From positions 6,433 to 70,432 of the forward strand of contig DAOPQD010000005.1 of NCBI GenBank assembly GCA_035347995.1: a stretch of 64,000 bases of DNA. The letters are read 5' to 3'. How positions within the stretch are numbered: the first letter of the stretch is position 1; the number at the start of each line of letters is the position of its first letter. The stretch is from Anaerolineae bacterium. GTDB taxonomy: Bacteria > Chloroflexota > Anaerolineae > B4-G1 > SLSP01. The translations under genes were made by a program, and so were the position numbers. Positions 1 to 9,136 of the stretch are shown here, piece by piece. The notes below the pieces were generated by a model. That model saw only the letters and a list, made by a program, of their open reading frames with translations. It ran no database searches and was not told where the DNA came from.

Positions 1-264
1 AACCCGTGGCCCACCAGGGGAAGCCGCGGCAACCCCATCTGCTGCATGAATAGCGCCACCTGGGCCACGTAACTGTCAATGGAATAACGGGTGCGATTCT
101 TGTCCGAGTCCCCAAAGCCCCAGAAATCGAGCGCGTAGGCGCGATACGACGAGGACAACGCGACCATCGTCGGCACCCAGTAACGCCAGGAACCGAGCCA
201 GCCGTGCAGGAAAAGCAGCGGTTTTCCGCGGCCCAAAGCCTCGTAGTGGGCAAGGCTGCTTTCC
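1..264 (-). CDS. alpha/beta hydrolase fold protein, N-terminal part only (gene starts at 264 and runs off the window edge). It is a paralog of the 9133-9918 gene.
   Basis: Reverse-strand translation from the ATG at 264 gives MSAVILESSLAHYEALGRGKPLLFLHGWLGSWRYWVPTMVALSSSYRAYALDFWGFGDS... This is about 55% identical to the N-terminus of the 9133-9918 product and carries the HGW/GxSxG-type alpha/beta hydrolase N-terminal region. Confidence 0.7.
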
Positions 265-300
265 AGAATGACGGCACTCATCCGTTCACGCTCCGCAAGT

Positions 301-678
301 TCAGGCTTTCCCGTACTGCTGCAGAATCTGCTTCACTTGTTTGATCAGCTCATCAGGCGCAAAGGGCTTGAGAATATACTGCGCCGCCCCGACGCTGAGC
401 CCTTCTTGAATTTCGCTTTCCTGGCCCTTGGCCGAAAGGAACACCACCGGCGTAGATTGCATCTCCGGTATCTGCATCAACGCGGCGCAGGCCTGATAGC
501 CGGTCATGCGCGGCATCCGCACGTCCATCAAGATGAGATCCGGCCTGACCTGCGGCGCCCTTTCCACCGCCTCGGCCCCGTTAGCCGCCAGTTCCACCTC
601 GAAACCGGCAAAGCGGAGGGTGAAGGCAATCAGCTCGCGAATATCACGTTCATCTTCGGCTACGAGGATCTTGACCAT
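301..678 (-). CDS. single-domain response regulator (CheY-like receiver)
   Basis: 125-aa ORF MVKILVAEDERDIRELIAFTLRFAGFEVELAANGAEAVERA...LILMDVRMPRMTGY... with the conserved D-D-K receiver signature. It lies 3 nt downstream of the histidine kinase stop. Confidence 0.85.
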   Translation of the reverse strand: MVKILVAEDERDIRELIAFTLRFAGFEVELAANGAEAVERAPQVRPDLILMDVRMPRMTGYQACAALMQIPEMQSTPVVFLSAKGQESEIQEGLSVGAAQYILKPFAPDELIKQVKQILQQYGKA

Positions 679-681
679 CCA

Positions 682-3600
682 TCACTCCTTGTTCCCGTCA
701 GCACTTTCTACCAGGCGGGAAATCTCCTCTCCCAACTCCTCCATCGAGAAAGGCTTCGTGACAAAACGTGTTGCCCCCAGCGCTTTCATCGCCGATGCGC
801 TCCCATTCCCCGGTTCGGCAAAACCCGTCATCACCACGACGGGGATGTTGGCCGTAGCGGGATGGCGCTTCAATTGTTGGAGCACCTCATAGCCATCCAT
901 GCCCGGCAACTTCAAATCCAGCAAAATCAGGGAGGGTGGCTGCTCCTGAGCCATCCGCAACGCCCGCTCACCGCGGGTCACCGTCCGCACCTGCAAGCCC
1001 TGCGCCCGCAAGGCCGTCCGCAGCAAAGTCAGGGTGTCCCGATCGTCATCTACTACCAGGACCGTGCCTTTGCCGGCCAATACCCGATTCACGACCTGCA
1101 ACAACCGGGCTTCATCCACCGGCTTGGTGAAATAATCCACCGCTCCCAATCGCAGCCCGCGATCCTGATCAAAAACCACTGAGACAATCACCACCGGGAT
1201 GGACGCCGTGTCGGGGTTGCGTTTGAGGAGCTGCAACACCTCAAAACCGTCCAGATCGGGGAGGCGGATATCCAGCGAGATCAAATCCGGCTGTTCCTGA
1301 CGCGCCAGGCGCAACGCCGCTTCCCCCGAGGCGGCCACCACAACCCGATGCCCCTCGTGTTCCAGCGTCAGCCGCAACATTTCGGCGACTTCGGGATCAT
1401 CCTCGACGACAAGAACGGTGGCCGCGGCATTCGCCCCCAATCCGGCAGGCGGACGCCCCACCGGCGCCGTCGCTTCCCCTTCCGCCAGCGGGAACGTCAC
1501 GGTGAAAATACTGCCCTCTCCCGGCTCACTTTCCACAGAAATTTGACCGCCGTGCATCTGCACCAGCGAGGCCGTGATCGCCAACCCCAGACCCGTGCCG
1601 CCCGCCTCCGACACCAGCGGGTTATCCACACGATAGAAGCGTGAGAAAATCCGGCTTTGATCCTCTGGCGAGATGCCAATGCCCGTATCGGCTACGGCGA
1701 TATGGAACATCTCCTCCCGGACATAAGCATAGATGGCGATCTCGCCGCCCAGCGGCGTGTATTTGAAGGCGTTTCCCACCAAGTTGGTGAGAATTTGCAC
1801 CATCCGATCGGGATCCCCGTAAGCCAACGGCAGGCCCTCCGGCAGAACGGTGCGGATCTGCAGCCCCTTCTCTTCAATCTTGGGCGTGAGTGTGACCGCC
1901 ACCTGCCGGATCAGCTCCGCCATGTCTACCGGCTGACAATGAAGCTCCACCTTGCCGCCCTCAATACGCGACATATCCAGCAAATCGTTCACCAGGCTCG
2001 TCAACCGATCGGTGTTGTTGCGAATGATGTTCAGGAATTGCACCTGCATGTCGGTGAGCGGGCCGGTAGCCCCCATCAACAGCAGATCCACATATCCCTT
2101 CACCGAGGTCATCGGCGTGCGCAACTCATGCGAAACCGTGGAGACAAACTCGCTCTTGGCGCGGTCGGCCTCCACCTCCGCCGTGATGTCGCGGAAGGCC
2201 GCCACGACCCCCAGGAACTCGCGGATCGGCGAGATGACCGGCGATAAATGCATACTCACGACTTGCCGCCCCAGTTCCAACCGTTCCGAGAGGAAATCAC
2301 CGCTCTGGTAGCTGCCCGGTTCCGCCTCCCACACCGCGATCTGCTCCAGCCAGCCGCGCACTTTGTCGCCGTAGAGCCCCAATACCTCACTCAGCGAACG
2401 TCCCATCGCCTGCGCGCGATTCAGCGTGAGGATGCGCTCCGCCGCCGCATTGAAGAGGATGATCTTGCCGCGAGCGTCTGCCACCAGCACGCCGTCGGCG
2501 ATGCCTTCGAGAATGGCCTGACTGCGAGCGGCTTCGTTCTGCTGGGTGCGCAGCATCGAGCCTACCCGCTCCGCCTGCTCGCGGATCAAACGATACAGCT
2601 CCGCGTTGTTGAGTGCATGACCGACCTGCACCGCGGCGGCTTCCACCAGCCGCTGATCCCCAGTGTCAAAGGCGTCCACCTCGGGCGAATGCAGAAAGAT
2701 CACGCCGACGGTTTCATCGCCGGCCGTGATCGGTACCGCAAGCACCGAGCGCGTGTCGTCCTCGATGGGAATCCAGCGCGCATCGAGACGCACGTCGGGC
2801 ACCATCGCCGATTGCCGGTTCGTGAGCACCCACCCCACCAGGCCCTCGTTGCGCTTGTAAGGCGCTCGCACACCCCCTGGCGGGACAGATTTGCCGCCCC
2901 CGACTGAGGCCCGTTGCTGCAAATGGCCCGTGTTCTGATCCAGCAGCAACACGGTCGCCCGCTCGGCGCGCACCGCGTCTTTGAGCATCGAGACCGTCTT
3001 GTGCAGCACCCGATCAATGTCGAGGCTGGCCACCAGGCCGGAGGCAATTTCGTACAGGATCGTCGAGCGGTCACGCTCAGTGCGCAGGCTATTCAGAGCT
3101 TCGGCCAGCTCCGCCGTGCGCTCTTCCACTCGCCGTTCCAGCTCCGCCGAGAAGTTCTTGACCTCCTCGAAGAGCTGCGCATTTTCCACCGCCACCGAGA
3201 TCTGGTCGGCGAGCATCGTCAACGTCGCCACCTGCAGCGGCTCGAGGATCCCGGCCTCGCGGCGTTCCGCGCTGAGCACTCCCACCGTGCGCCCGGCGAC
3301 CTGCAACGGCACAAGCAACGCCGACCCCACCGGCAACGGCCCCGGCGTGAAGCGCGGCTCGCCGCGCACGTCATCCAACGCCAACGGCATGCCGGATTCC
3401 ACGACGGCGCCCACCAGTCCTGCCCCCGGTTCCACCTGCAGCCCCTCGCCCAACAAACTCAGATCATACCCCGAGGACGCGCGCGGCGTCAGCGCCGTCT
3501 GACCCCGAGCTTGCAGGTACACCGTCGCATAATCATAGCCCAACAAATTGGTGACCGCTTGCGCCACCGTGTTGAGGACCAGCGAGAGGTCGAGTTTGGT

Positions 3601-5055
3601 CGTGATCGAGCGGCTCAGTTCGTTGAGCAACATCAGGGTGTTCAGCTGCAGCCGCAGGTTTTCCACCAGCCGGTTGTTGGCGATGACCACCCCAATCTGC
3701 GCCGCGAACAGCTCCAGGACTTCCAGGGAGGCCCGCGTCGGCGCCCGTCCGTCCAGAGGCTCGTCCACCGACAGATAGCCGACGGCATCGCCCTGCGGGC
3801 CATACAGCGGGACCAGCAACAGGTCCTGCGGATGCCACATGCCGGGGCGGCGAGCCTCAGGCAGGGCCACCTCCACCTCAAACACGTCCAGTTCCCCACG
3901 CCAGATGTGTTGCTGTTCAGCCGGAATGTAATAGCAGTTGCCGATGCGGAATTGCTCTTGCAGCAAGCGTGCGATCTGCGACCAGGGGCGGCGCACCTGC
4001 TTGAGGCGCTCCAAATCCACCAGGGGCATCCCTGCCCCGGCGACGCGCCGCACCATCTGCCCCTCAATCACGCTGATGAGCACGATCTCATAGCCGACCG
4101 CTTCTTGTGTGGCATACGCCATGTCCAACAGGGTCTCTTCGAGGGGGCGATCGGAACGCATCGTCCGCGTGGCTTCCAACAACAAGCGCATCTGCTCGGC
4201 GCGTTCCCGCACAAAGTTGCCCCGCAGCAGTTGCTCCTGATAGCGCCGATCGTTTCCCACCGCCAGCGCCGTTTCCGCCGCCAGCCCGTCCATGAAATCA
4301 ATCGCCGCCGGATTCAACGCCTGCGGTTGGCGGCAGTGCAGCACGATGGCCGCTGCCAGCTGCCCCTCATAAAAGACGGGCGACCACAATTCAGTCTGCA
4401 TCCCGGCCTGGTATGCCGGCGTCGGGTGCAGCTCGGCGAGATTGGGAATGTAGCGAGTGACTGGCTGCCGCATGAAAGCCACCAGCGAAGGGTCGGTCTC
4501 AGCATGGGCCAGTAGCTCCTCGTAAGCGGCGGAGGTGGCCTCCGGATAGCCCTGTGCCAGCGCCAGGGTAGGGAGCTCGTCGCGCCAGAGCCAGACCATC
4601 CCCGCATCCGCGTGAGTGAACCGCCGCGCTTCTTCCAGCACCAATTGGAGAATCCGCCCCAGTTCCAGCGTGCTGGCGATCTCCTGGGTGATGCGCCGCA
4701 AGGCGGCTTCCGAGGCAACGCGCCGCGCGACTTCCTGCTCCGCCGCCTGGGCGCGCCGGGCCTGCGCTTGCCATGCCGACGCCAGCGTAGCCCCGGCACC
4801 CGCTAAAAAGGCCGCCACGGCCCAATGCAACCACAGCGTCGGCGTGCGCCACACGGCCAACACCGCCAGCGCGAATAAAATGAGGGCCGTCAGCCAGACA
4901 CGCCGTCGCCCCTGCAGGCCCCCCAACACCGCCGGCAGGATCAACAGGTACAGCCCCACGGGCAGCGCGCCGCTATACAGCAGCAGCAACGCCAGCGCGC
5001 TGCTCAGCAACACCGCGCCCCATCCAGGCTGGAAAGAAGTCAACCGCTCACGCAT
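682..5055 (-). CDS. hybrid sensor histidine kinase with an N-terminal membrane segment, several GAF domains, a PAS domain, HisKA, HATPase_c and two C-terminal receiver domains
   Basis: 1457-aa ORF with a hydrophobic N-terminus, repeated GAF-like blocks, an H-box HELRTPMTSVKGYVDLLL, the N/G boxes (NLVGNAFKYT, DTGIGI, GGTGLGLAI) and two DDPEV/DDDRD receiver segments. Confidence 0.9.
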   Translation of the reverse strand: MRERLTSFQPGWGAVLLSSALALLLLYSGALPVGLYLLILPAVLGGLQGRRRVWLTALILFALAVLAVWRTPTLWLHWAVAAFLAGAGATLASAWQAQARRAQAAEQEVARRVASEAALRRITQEIASTLELGRILQLVLEEARRFTHADAGMVWLWRDELPTLALAQGYPEATSAAYEELLAHAETDPSLVAFMRQPVTRYIPNLAELHPTPAYQAGMQTELWSPVFYEGQLAAAIVLHCRQPQALNPAAIDFMDGLAAETALAVGNDRRYQEQLLRGNFVRERAEQMRLLLEATRTMRSDRPLEETLLDMAYATQEAVGYEIVLISVIEGQMVRRVAGAGMPLVDLERLKQVRRPWSQIARLLQEQFRIGNCYYIPAEQQHIWRGELDVFEVEVALPEARRPGMWHPQDLLLVPLYGPQGDAVGYLSVDEPLDGRAPTRASLEVLELFAAQIGVVIANNRLVENLRLQLNTLMLLNELSRSITTKLDLSLVLNTVAQAVTNLLGYDYATVYLQARGQTALTPRASSGYDLSLLGEGLQVEPGAGLVGAVVESGMPLALDDVRGEPRFTPGPLPVGSALLVPLQVAGRTVGVLSAERREAGILEPLQVATLTMLADQISVAVENAQLFEEVKNFSAELERRVEERTAELAEALNSLRTERDRSTILYEIASGLVASLDIDRVLHKTVSMLKDAVRAERATVLLLDQNTGHLQQRASVGGGKSVPPGGVRAPYKRNEGLVGWVLTNRQSAMVPDVRLDARWIPIEDDTRSVLAVPITAGDETVGVIFLHSPEVDAFDTGDQRLVEAAAVQVGHALNNAELYRLIREQAERVGSMLRTQQNEAARSQAILEGIADGVLVADARGKIILFNAAAERILTLNRAQAMGRSLSEVLGLYGDKVRGWLEQIAVWEAEPGSYQSGDFLSERLELGRQVVSMHLSPVISPIREFLGVVAAFRDITAEVEADRAKSEFVSTVSHELRTPMTSVKGYVDLLLMGATGPLTDMQVQFLNIIRNNTDRLTSLVNDLLDMSRIEGGKVELHCQPVDMAELIRQVAVTLTPKIEEKGLQIRTVLPEGLPLAYGDPDRMVQILTNLVGNAFKYTPLGGEIAIYAYVREEMFHIAVADTGIGISPEDQSRIFSRFYRVDNPLVSEAGGTGLGLAITASLVQMHGGQISVESEPGEGSIFTVTFPLAEGEATAPVGRPPAGLGANAAATVLVVEDDPEVAEMLRLTLEHEGHRVVVAASGEAALRLARQEQPDLISLDIRLPDLDGFEVLQLLKRNPDTASIPVVIVSVVFDQDRGLRLGAVDYFTKPVDEARLLQVVNRVLAGKGTVLVVDDDRDTLTLLRTALRAQGLQVRTVTRGERALRMAQEQPPSLILLDLKLPGMDGYEVLQQLKRHPATANIPVVVMTGFAEPGNGSASAMKALGATRFVTKPFSMEELGEEISRLVESADGNKE

Positions 5056-5123
5056 CTTTTCCCATCAACCCCAAACAATTTTTACGTCCCAATAGGAAAA
5101 TATTGCAAAAAAAGTCCACGGAC

Positions 5124-6017
5124 TTAAGATTTCCGCGCCCGTCGGCGCGCCTCGGCTGCCGCCTCCGTCACCTCACGAATGTCAGTGAAAGGGCCCTCGT
5201 CGGCTGAAAGCATGCCGATCTGCAGGTGCATCAAGGGCACATGCTTTTCCTCACCCTTGCTGTCATGCACCACCAGGTATCCCTGCATTCGGGTCATGAA
5301 GTCGTAGTGCGTCCCCACATTCTCCTCGAAGCGCCGTTCGAGGTCCTCTTTGAGCTGCGGCATGATCGCTTTGCGGGTAATGACAATGAAGTTATCGCCT
5401 CCGATATGACCGATGAAATCCTCCGGATAGCCGAGACGCTCCACGGCCTCATTGAGCACCAGCGCCGTGAAGCGCAAGACCTCCTCGCCCGCCACGAAGC
5501 CATACACCTCGTTAAAGGCGTCCAGCCCCGGAATGCCGATGTAGAGGATGCCCCAATCCGCCAGGCGCAGCAGCTGCCGCAATTGTTGCTCGATCAGCCG
5601 GCCGCTCGGCAGGCCGGTCGTCGGGCTCGTCAGACTCTCGATCTCGGCGCGCTTGATGGTGTTCCGCACGCGCAACCGCAGCTCTTCCACGTCGAAGGGC
5701 TTGGTGATGTAGTCATCGGCACCCAACTCCAGGCCGTGGATTTTGTCGCTGCGTTCGTCTTTCTGCGTGAGGAAAAGAATGGGGATATGACTGGTACGCA
5801 GGTTGGTACGCAGCTGCCGGCAGACTTCATACCCGTCAATGTCGGGAAGCATGATGTCCAGGACGATCACATTGGGGAGCAACTGTCGCGTTGCCTCCAG
5901 CGCATCCTGTCCCCGCGGCGCAACATGCACTTCGTACTCCAGGGATCTGAAATACAGCTGTAACATGTTGGAGATGTCGGGATCGTCTTCCACTACCAGA
6001 ATACGGCCTTCACTCAT
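5124..6017 (-). CDS. response regulator with a C-terminal GGDEF-fold domain that is degenerate (GGDNF instead of GG[DE]EF)
   Basis: 297-aa ORF with an N-terminal receiver (ILVVEDDPDISNML...VLDIMLPDIDGYEV) and C-terminal GGDEF fold (LTSPTTGLPSGRL...HIGGDNFIV...). The catalytic Glu is replaced by Asn. Confidence 0.85.
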   Translation of the reverse strand: MSEGRILVVEDDPDISNMLQLYFRSLEYEVHVAPRGQDALEATRQLLPNVIVLDIMLPDIDGYEVCRQLRTNLRTSHIPILFLTQKDERSDKIHGLELGADDYITKPFDVEELRLRVRNTIKRAEIESLTSPTTGLPSGRLIEQQLRQLLRLADWGILYIGIPGLDAFNEVYGFVAGEEVLRFTALVLNEAVERLGYPEDFIGHIGGDNFIVITRKAIMPQLKEDLERRFEENVGTHYDFMTRMQGYLVVHDSKGEEKHVPLMHLQIGMLSADEGPFTDIREVTEAAAEARRRARKS

Positions 6018-6070
6018 GTCCTACCTCCTGCCCCGCGAATCCACAGTGGGTCGGGGGTGCCTTTGTGACC

Positions 6071-7147
6071 TCAGGTTGCTCGCGCTTGGGCCTTGACGCG
6101 CGCGATGGTCGCGTCAGGCAGCACCTGCTCGAAACTGCGCAGAGCCGCCAGGCGGAAGCCGTGCTTTTCCGCCACGGCGTCTATGTCCTCCATCTGCTCA
6201 AGCGTTAAGTCTTTGCCCAAAGAATAGTCCTCGAAGCGCCCTTCCAGCGCCAGGGTCATGGTCTCTGCCATACATCCAAAGGTCAACGTCGGCGGCAGCC
6301 CATAATCGAAGCCGAAATCTACCGCGCCGGGCACTTCCGCCAATCCGCCATCGAAGACAAGCACGTCATCTCGCGCCTGCGCCACCTGCCAGGAGACGTC
6401 CCTCGGACGCGAAACATCACAGACCACCGCTCCGCGACGCAAGTGCTCCGGACGCACCAGGTTCCCCCCCGCGCTGGTCACGGTGATCACCACTTCCGCC
6501 TGTTGAATATCGGCGACTTCTGTAGAAAGCCGCACCTCAGGCGCCCCGCCGGCCCGCAGTCGCTCGCCGAGGGGCTCCAGGTGTCGCAACTCACGTCCGA
6601 CCAACAGCACCGAGCCGAATTCACGCGCCAGACTTTGCGTCACGATGCTACCGATAGCCCCGGCCGCGCCGACTACCGCCAGGGTCACGGCGGCGGGATC
6701 GTACTCCATCCGCCGCACCGCCTCACGGGTCGCGCGAATGGCCAGCGCCGCGGTGTAGCTGTCGCCGGAAGTGACGGCCAGATCCAGAGCGCGGGCGATC
6801 GTCACCCCGCCATCTCCCACGACCGAGGTGTAAGCCCCTAACCCCAGGATTTGCGCCCCCAGGCGCTCCGCCATCCGTCCCGCGGCGATGATTTTACGGT
6901 ACACCTCCGTCGGCGGCAGCTGCAACATCCGCTGCACGGTGTAGGGCACGGCGAGCAGCCACCCCTCGATCTCTTTGCCCGTCGCCGCCGAGCGCACCCC
7001 CGTGACATGGGAGATGTACACCGGCGGCCAAAAACGCGAGGCAAAATCAATCACCGGCTCAGGCAACATCCGCCCCAGCAGGGGATACTTGCGTGCCACA
7101 TCGCGTTTGGCCGACAGCGGATGAATGATAAAGGCAAACGCATCCAT
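6071..7147 (-). CDS. NAD(P)-binding oxidoreductase of the cyanobacterial acyl-ACP reductase (AAR) family
   Basis: 358-aa ORF co-linear with cyanobacterial AAR. The N-terminus AFIIHPLS matches AAR GLIGHLTS. The motif AVVGAAGAIGS matches AAR VAVVGATGDIGSAV. The C-terminus FGCMAETMTLALEGR...EQMEDIDAVAEKHGF matches AAR FACFAEAMLLEFEGW...EKMEAIGEASVRHGF. A Cys equivalent to the AAR catalytic Cys is not obvious by eye. Confidence 0.7.
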   Translation of the reverse strand: MDAFAFIIHPLSAKRDVARKYPLLGRMLPEPVIDFASRFWPPVYISHVTGVRSAATGKEIEGWLLAVPYTVQRMLQLPPTEVYRKIIAAGRMAERLGAQILGLGAYTSVVGDGGVTIARALDLAVTSGDSYTAALAIRATREAVRRMEYDPAAVTLAVVGAAGAIGSIVTQSLAREFGSVLLVGRELRHLEPLGERLRAGGAPEVRLSTEVADIQQAEVVITVTSAGGNLVRPEHLRRGAVVCDVSRPRDVSWQVAQARDDVLVFDGGLAEVPGAVDFGFDYGLPPTLTFGCMAETMTLALEGRFEDYSLGKDLTLEQMEDIDAVAEKHGFRLAALRSFEQVLPDATIARVKAQARAT

Positions 7148-7161
7148 AAATTTTTCGTGTT

Positions 7162-8415
7162 TTAACGAGGATACAATCTTGGATGTGCGATCTCCGGATT
7201 CGGCAGCTTCCAGTGATCGCTGTCCTCGTAAGTAATATTCCGATCAATGACCCGGCGTTCAGGCGAGGCAAACAGGATCACATCGGACTCAATCATCCGC
7301 GCCGGGAAGATGACCATCCCCGAGCCAATGCGGACATGATGTCCTACCGCCGAACCGATCACCGACAGGCCGGTGTTTTCCAGGCGTCCGCCGAAGTGCG
7401 ATCGAATGGGAATAGTTGGGACCAGGTTGAAATCGGTGAAGGTGTTGCCCGCGCCGATGAACGTCTCCCGTCCCACGACGCACATCTGCAAGCAGGTATT
7501 CTGCGCCACCATGCAATCTTCCATCAGCACCGTTTCGAACAGCGAGGCGCGAAAAGGCAGGAACGTCCCGTCGCCGACGACGCTCAACAGCATCTGACAC
7601 CCGTGAGAGATATTCACATTGTCACCCAACACGCAGTTGGCGATCATGGCTCCCGCCCCAATCGTGACGTTGTTACCGATGATCGTCGGCCCCTGGATGA
7701 TTGCCGTAGGATCAATCTGACAATTCTTACCCACCTGCACCAGGGCAGAGCTCCCCAGCAGTTGCCGGCGCTCGAGCATCGCCTGCCACAACAAGCGCAG
7801 GTTCAGCCCCAAGTCCTTTTCCAGAGAGCGCTCGAAACGCGCCCCAATGGAAAAAATGCCAAACATGACGTTGGCAAAAAGAATGTGGATCCAATGCTCG
7901 ATAGAAAGGAACGCCTTGGTAGGCAGCTGATACACCAAATCGCCGTAGACGTTGGACATGTGAGTCGGCACATGGTAGTATCCCGCTTCTCGCGGCTCGG
8001 TGTGCATCACCAGCGGGCGCACCACCGGCTCGATGCCGTAGGGATAATACCACAAGTCCGCCACATACACGTTGCCCTGACGCCGAATGCCCCGCTGCAA
8101 ATAGATCGCATGTTGCGAAATGGCGGGGTCATCCAGCTCGAAGGCCACCTGACAGGCTTTCCCCAGGCTACGCGCCTGCACGATAAATTCGTCAATGAAG
8201 GGCTGATCGAAATAAAGATTCTCACGGTACACGAGCGTCTCGACGCGGTCATGCCCGATCTCGGAAAGAGAATCCACCTCCAACTCTTCGGTCGTGTAGG
8301 GTACCAGGATGTCCCGTTGATGAAGCCACAACGGCTTACACAGCACGCTCAGATCGCGCGCGGGCTCGTTGAACGGCGGTATTTTGCGTTTTTCGCGCAG
8401 GATGATTTTACGCAC
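7162..8415 (-). CDS. left-handed beta-helix (hexapeptide-repeat) acyltransferase-like protein with an ~230-aa N-terminal domain of unclear type; GTG start
   Basis: 417-aa ORF with a C-terminal run of hexapeptide repeats (IDPTAIIQGPTIIGNNVTIGAGAMIANCVLGDNVNISHGC...IGAGNTF...IGSAVGHHVRIGSGMVI). It lies 14 nt upstream of the AAR-like gene. Confidence 0.65.
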   Translation of the reverse strand: MRKIILREKRKIPPFNEPARDLSVLCKPLWLHQRDILVPYTTEELEVDSLSEIGHDRVETLVYRENLYFDQPFIDEFIVQARSLGKACQVAFELDDPAISQHAIYLQRGIRRQGNVYVADLWYYPYGIEPVVRPLVMHTEPREAGYYHVPTHMSNVYGDLVYQLPTKAFLSIEHWIHILFANVMFGIFSIGARFERSLEKDLGLNLRLLWQAMLERRQLLGSSALVQVGKNCQIDPTAIIQGPTIIGNNVTIGAGAMIANCVLGDNVNISHGCQMLLSVVGDGTFLPFRASLFETVLMEDCMVAQNTCLQMCVVGRETFIGAGNTFTDFNLVPTIPIRSHFGGRLENTGLSVIGSAVGHHVRIGSGMVIFPARMIESDVILFASPERRVIDRNITYEDSDHWKLPNPEIAHPRLYPR

Positions 8416-8432
8416 CGAGCTGCTTCCTTATC

Positions 8433-8467
8433 CACCCAGCGTTACGGAACCCACCCAGCGTTACGGA
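8433..8467. repeat. tandem direct repeat, two copies of CACCCAGCGTTACGGA with a 19-bp period, immediately upstream of the RBS of the LbH gene
   Basis: Read directly in the sequence: tccacccagcgttacggaa|cccacccagcgttacggac. Confidence 0.6.
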
Positions 8468-8470
8468 CGA

Positions 8471-9136
8471 TTACACCCCAGGCGTTCGCCCAATCTGGAA
8501 CGTGCAGGCGGGGTCCCCTAAGGCGATGCACGTCACTTCTGCAACCTCGAAGGGCTTGCCCCCACTTGCCCAATATAGCGTCTCCGCCAGCAATCCTGTC
8601 ATCAGAGAACAGACCGGATAGCTCGCCCGCCAGCCCCAACAAAAGCCGCACTGCTTCATGATCCAGAAGTAGCTCTCCGCCGTCTCCGACAATTGCACCT
8701 GCTGCGCCGCATAACGGTTGAGGATCTCCGCCAGGACCTCCAGGCTCAGGCGCACCCGAAAAGTGAGCGGCAGAATACGGAACATCACGTCGGCGACGCT
8801 CAGCAAGCCGCCAAAATCCTGGACGCCATACCGAAACGCGACACGCCCCGCGCGCAGGCAGAGCTGTTGCCCGCTGTGCGCCCCGTGCAATTCATCTATC
8901 GCCGTGAGCAGCTGCGCCACCGCCGTAAACGACAAGGCCGGCTCGAAGTTGGTCGGCAATGGCCGCTCGCCCAGCTCCGGAAGACGGGCCGCCGTCAACA
9001 CGGCCTTCAGGCTGTTAGCTCCGAGCACTTCCTCCAGCGACAGGAGCAAAATGCGTACGAATTTATTGGGAAAGTACCCCTCCGCGTGCGGGTCGTCACC
9101 CGCGAGCTCCGCCTCAAACCGCTGCGCCATCGTCAC
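8471..9136 (-). CDS. V4R (4-vinyl reductase) domain protein
   Basis: 221-aa ORF with a C-terminal CGFCWGW...C...C cysteine pattern and overall composition typical of V4R hydrocarbon-binding domains. Its start overlaps the stop of the hydrolase gene (9133-9136), which indicates operon linkage. Confidence 0.6.
   Translation of the reverse strand: MTMAQRFEAELAGDDPHAEGYFPNKFVRILLLSLEEVLGANSLKAVLTAARLPELGERPLPTNFEPALSFTAVAQLLTAIDELHGAHSGQQLCLRAGRVAFRYGVQDFGGLLSVADVMFRILPLTFRVRLSLEVLAEILNRYAAQQVQLSETAESYFWIMKQCGFCWGWRASYPVCSLMTGLLAETLYWASGGKPFEVAEVTCIALGDPACTFQIGRTPGV

Noticed and set aside
268-1182. 304-aa plus-strand ORF overlapping the REC and kinase genes
   Set aside because: It lies antisense to two well-supported minus-strand genes and has low-complexity, Arg/His-rich translation typical of a high-GC antisense frame.
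2914-4515. 533-aa plus-strand ORF inside the hybrid kinase gene
   Set aside because: Antisense frame of a GC-rich gene; Arg/Gln/His-rich with no domain features.
7183-8661. 492-aa plus-strand ORF
   Set aside because: Antisense to the LbH and V4R genes; the composition is an artefact.
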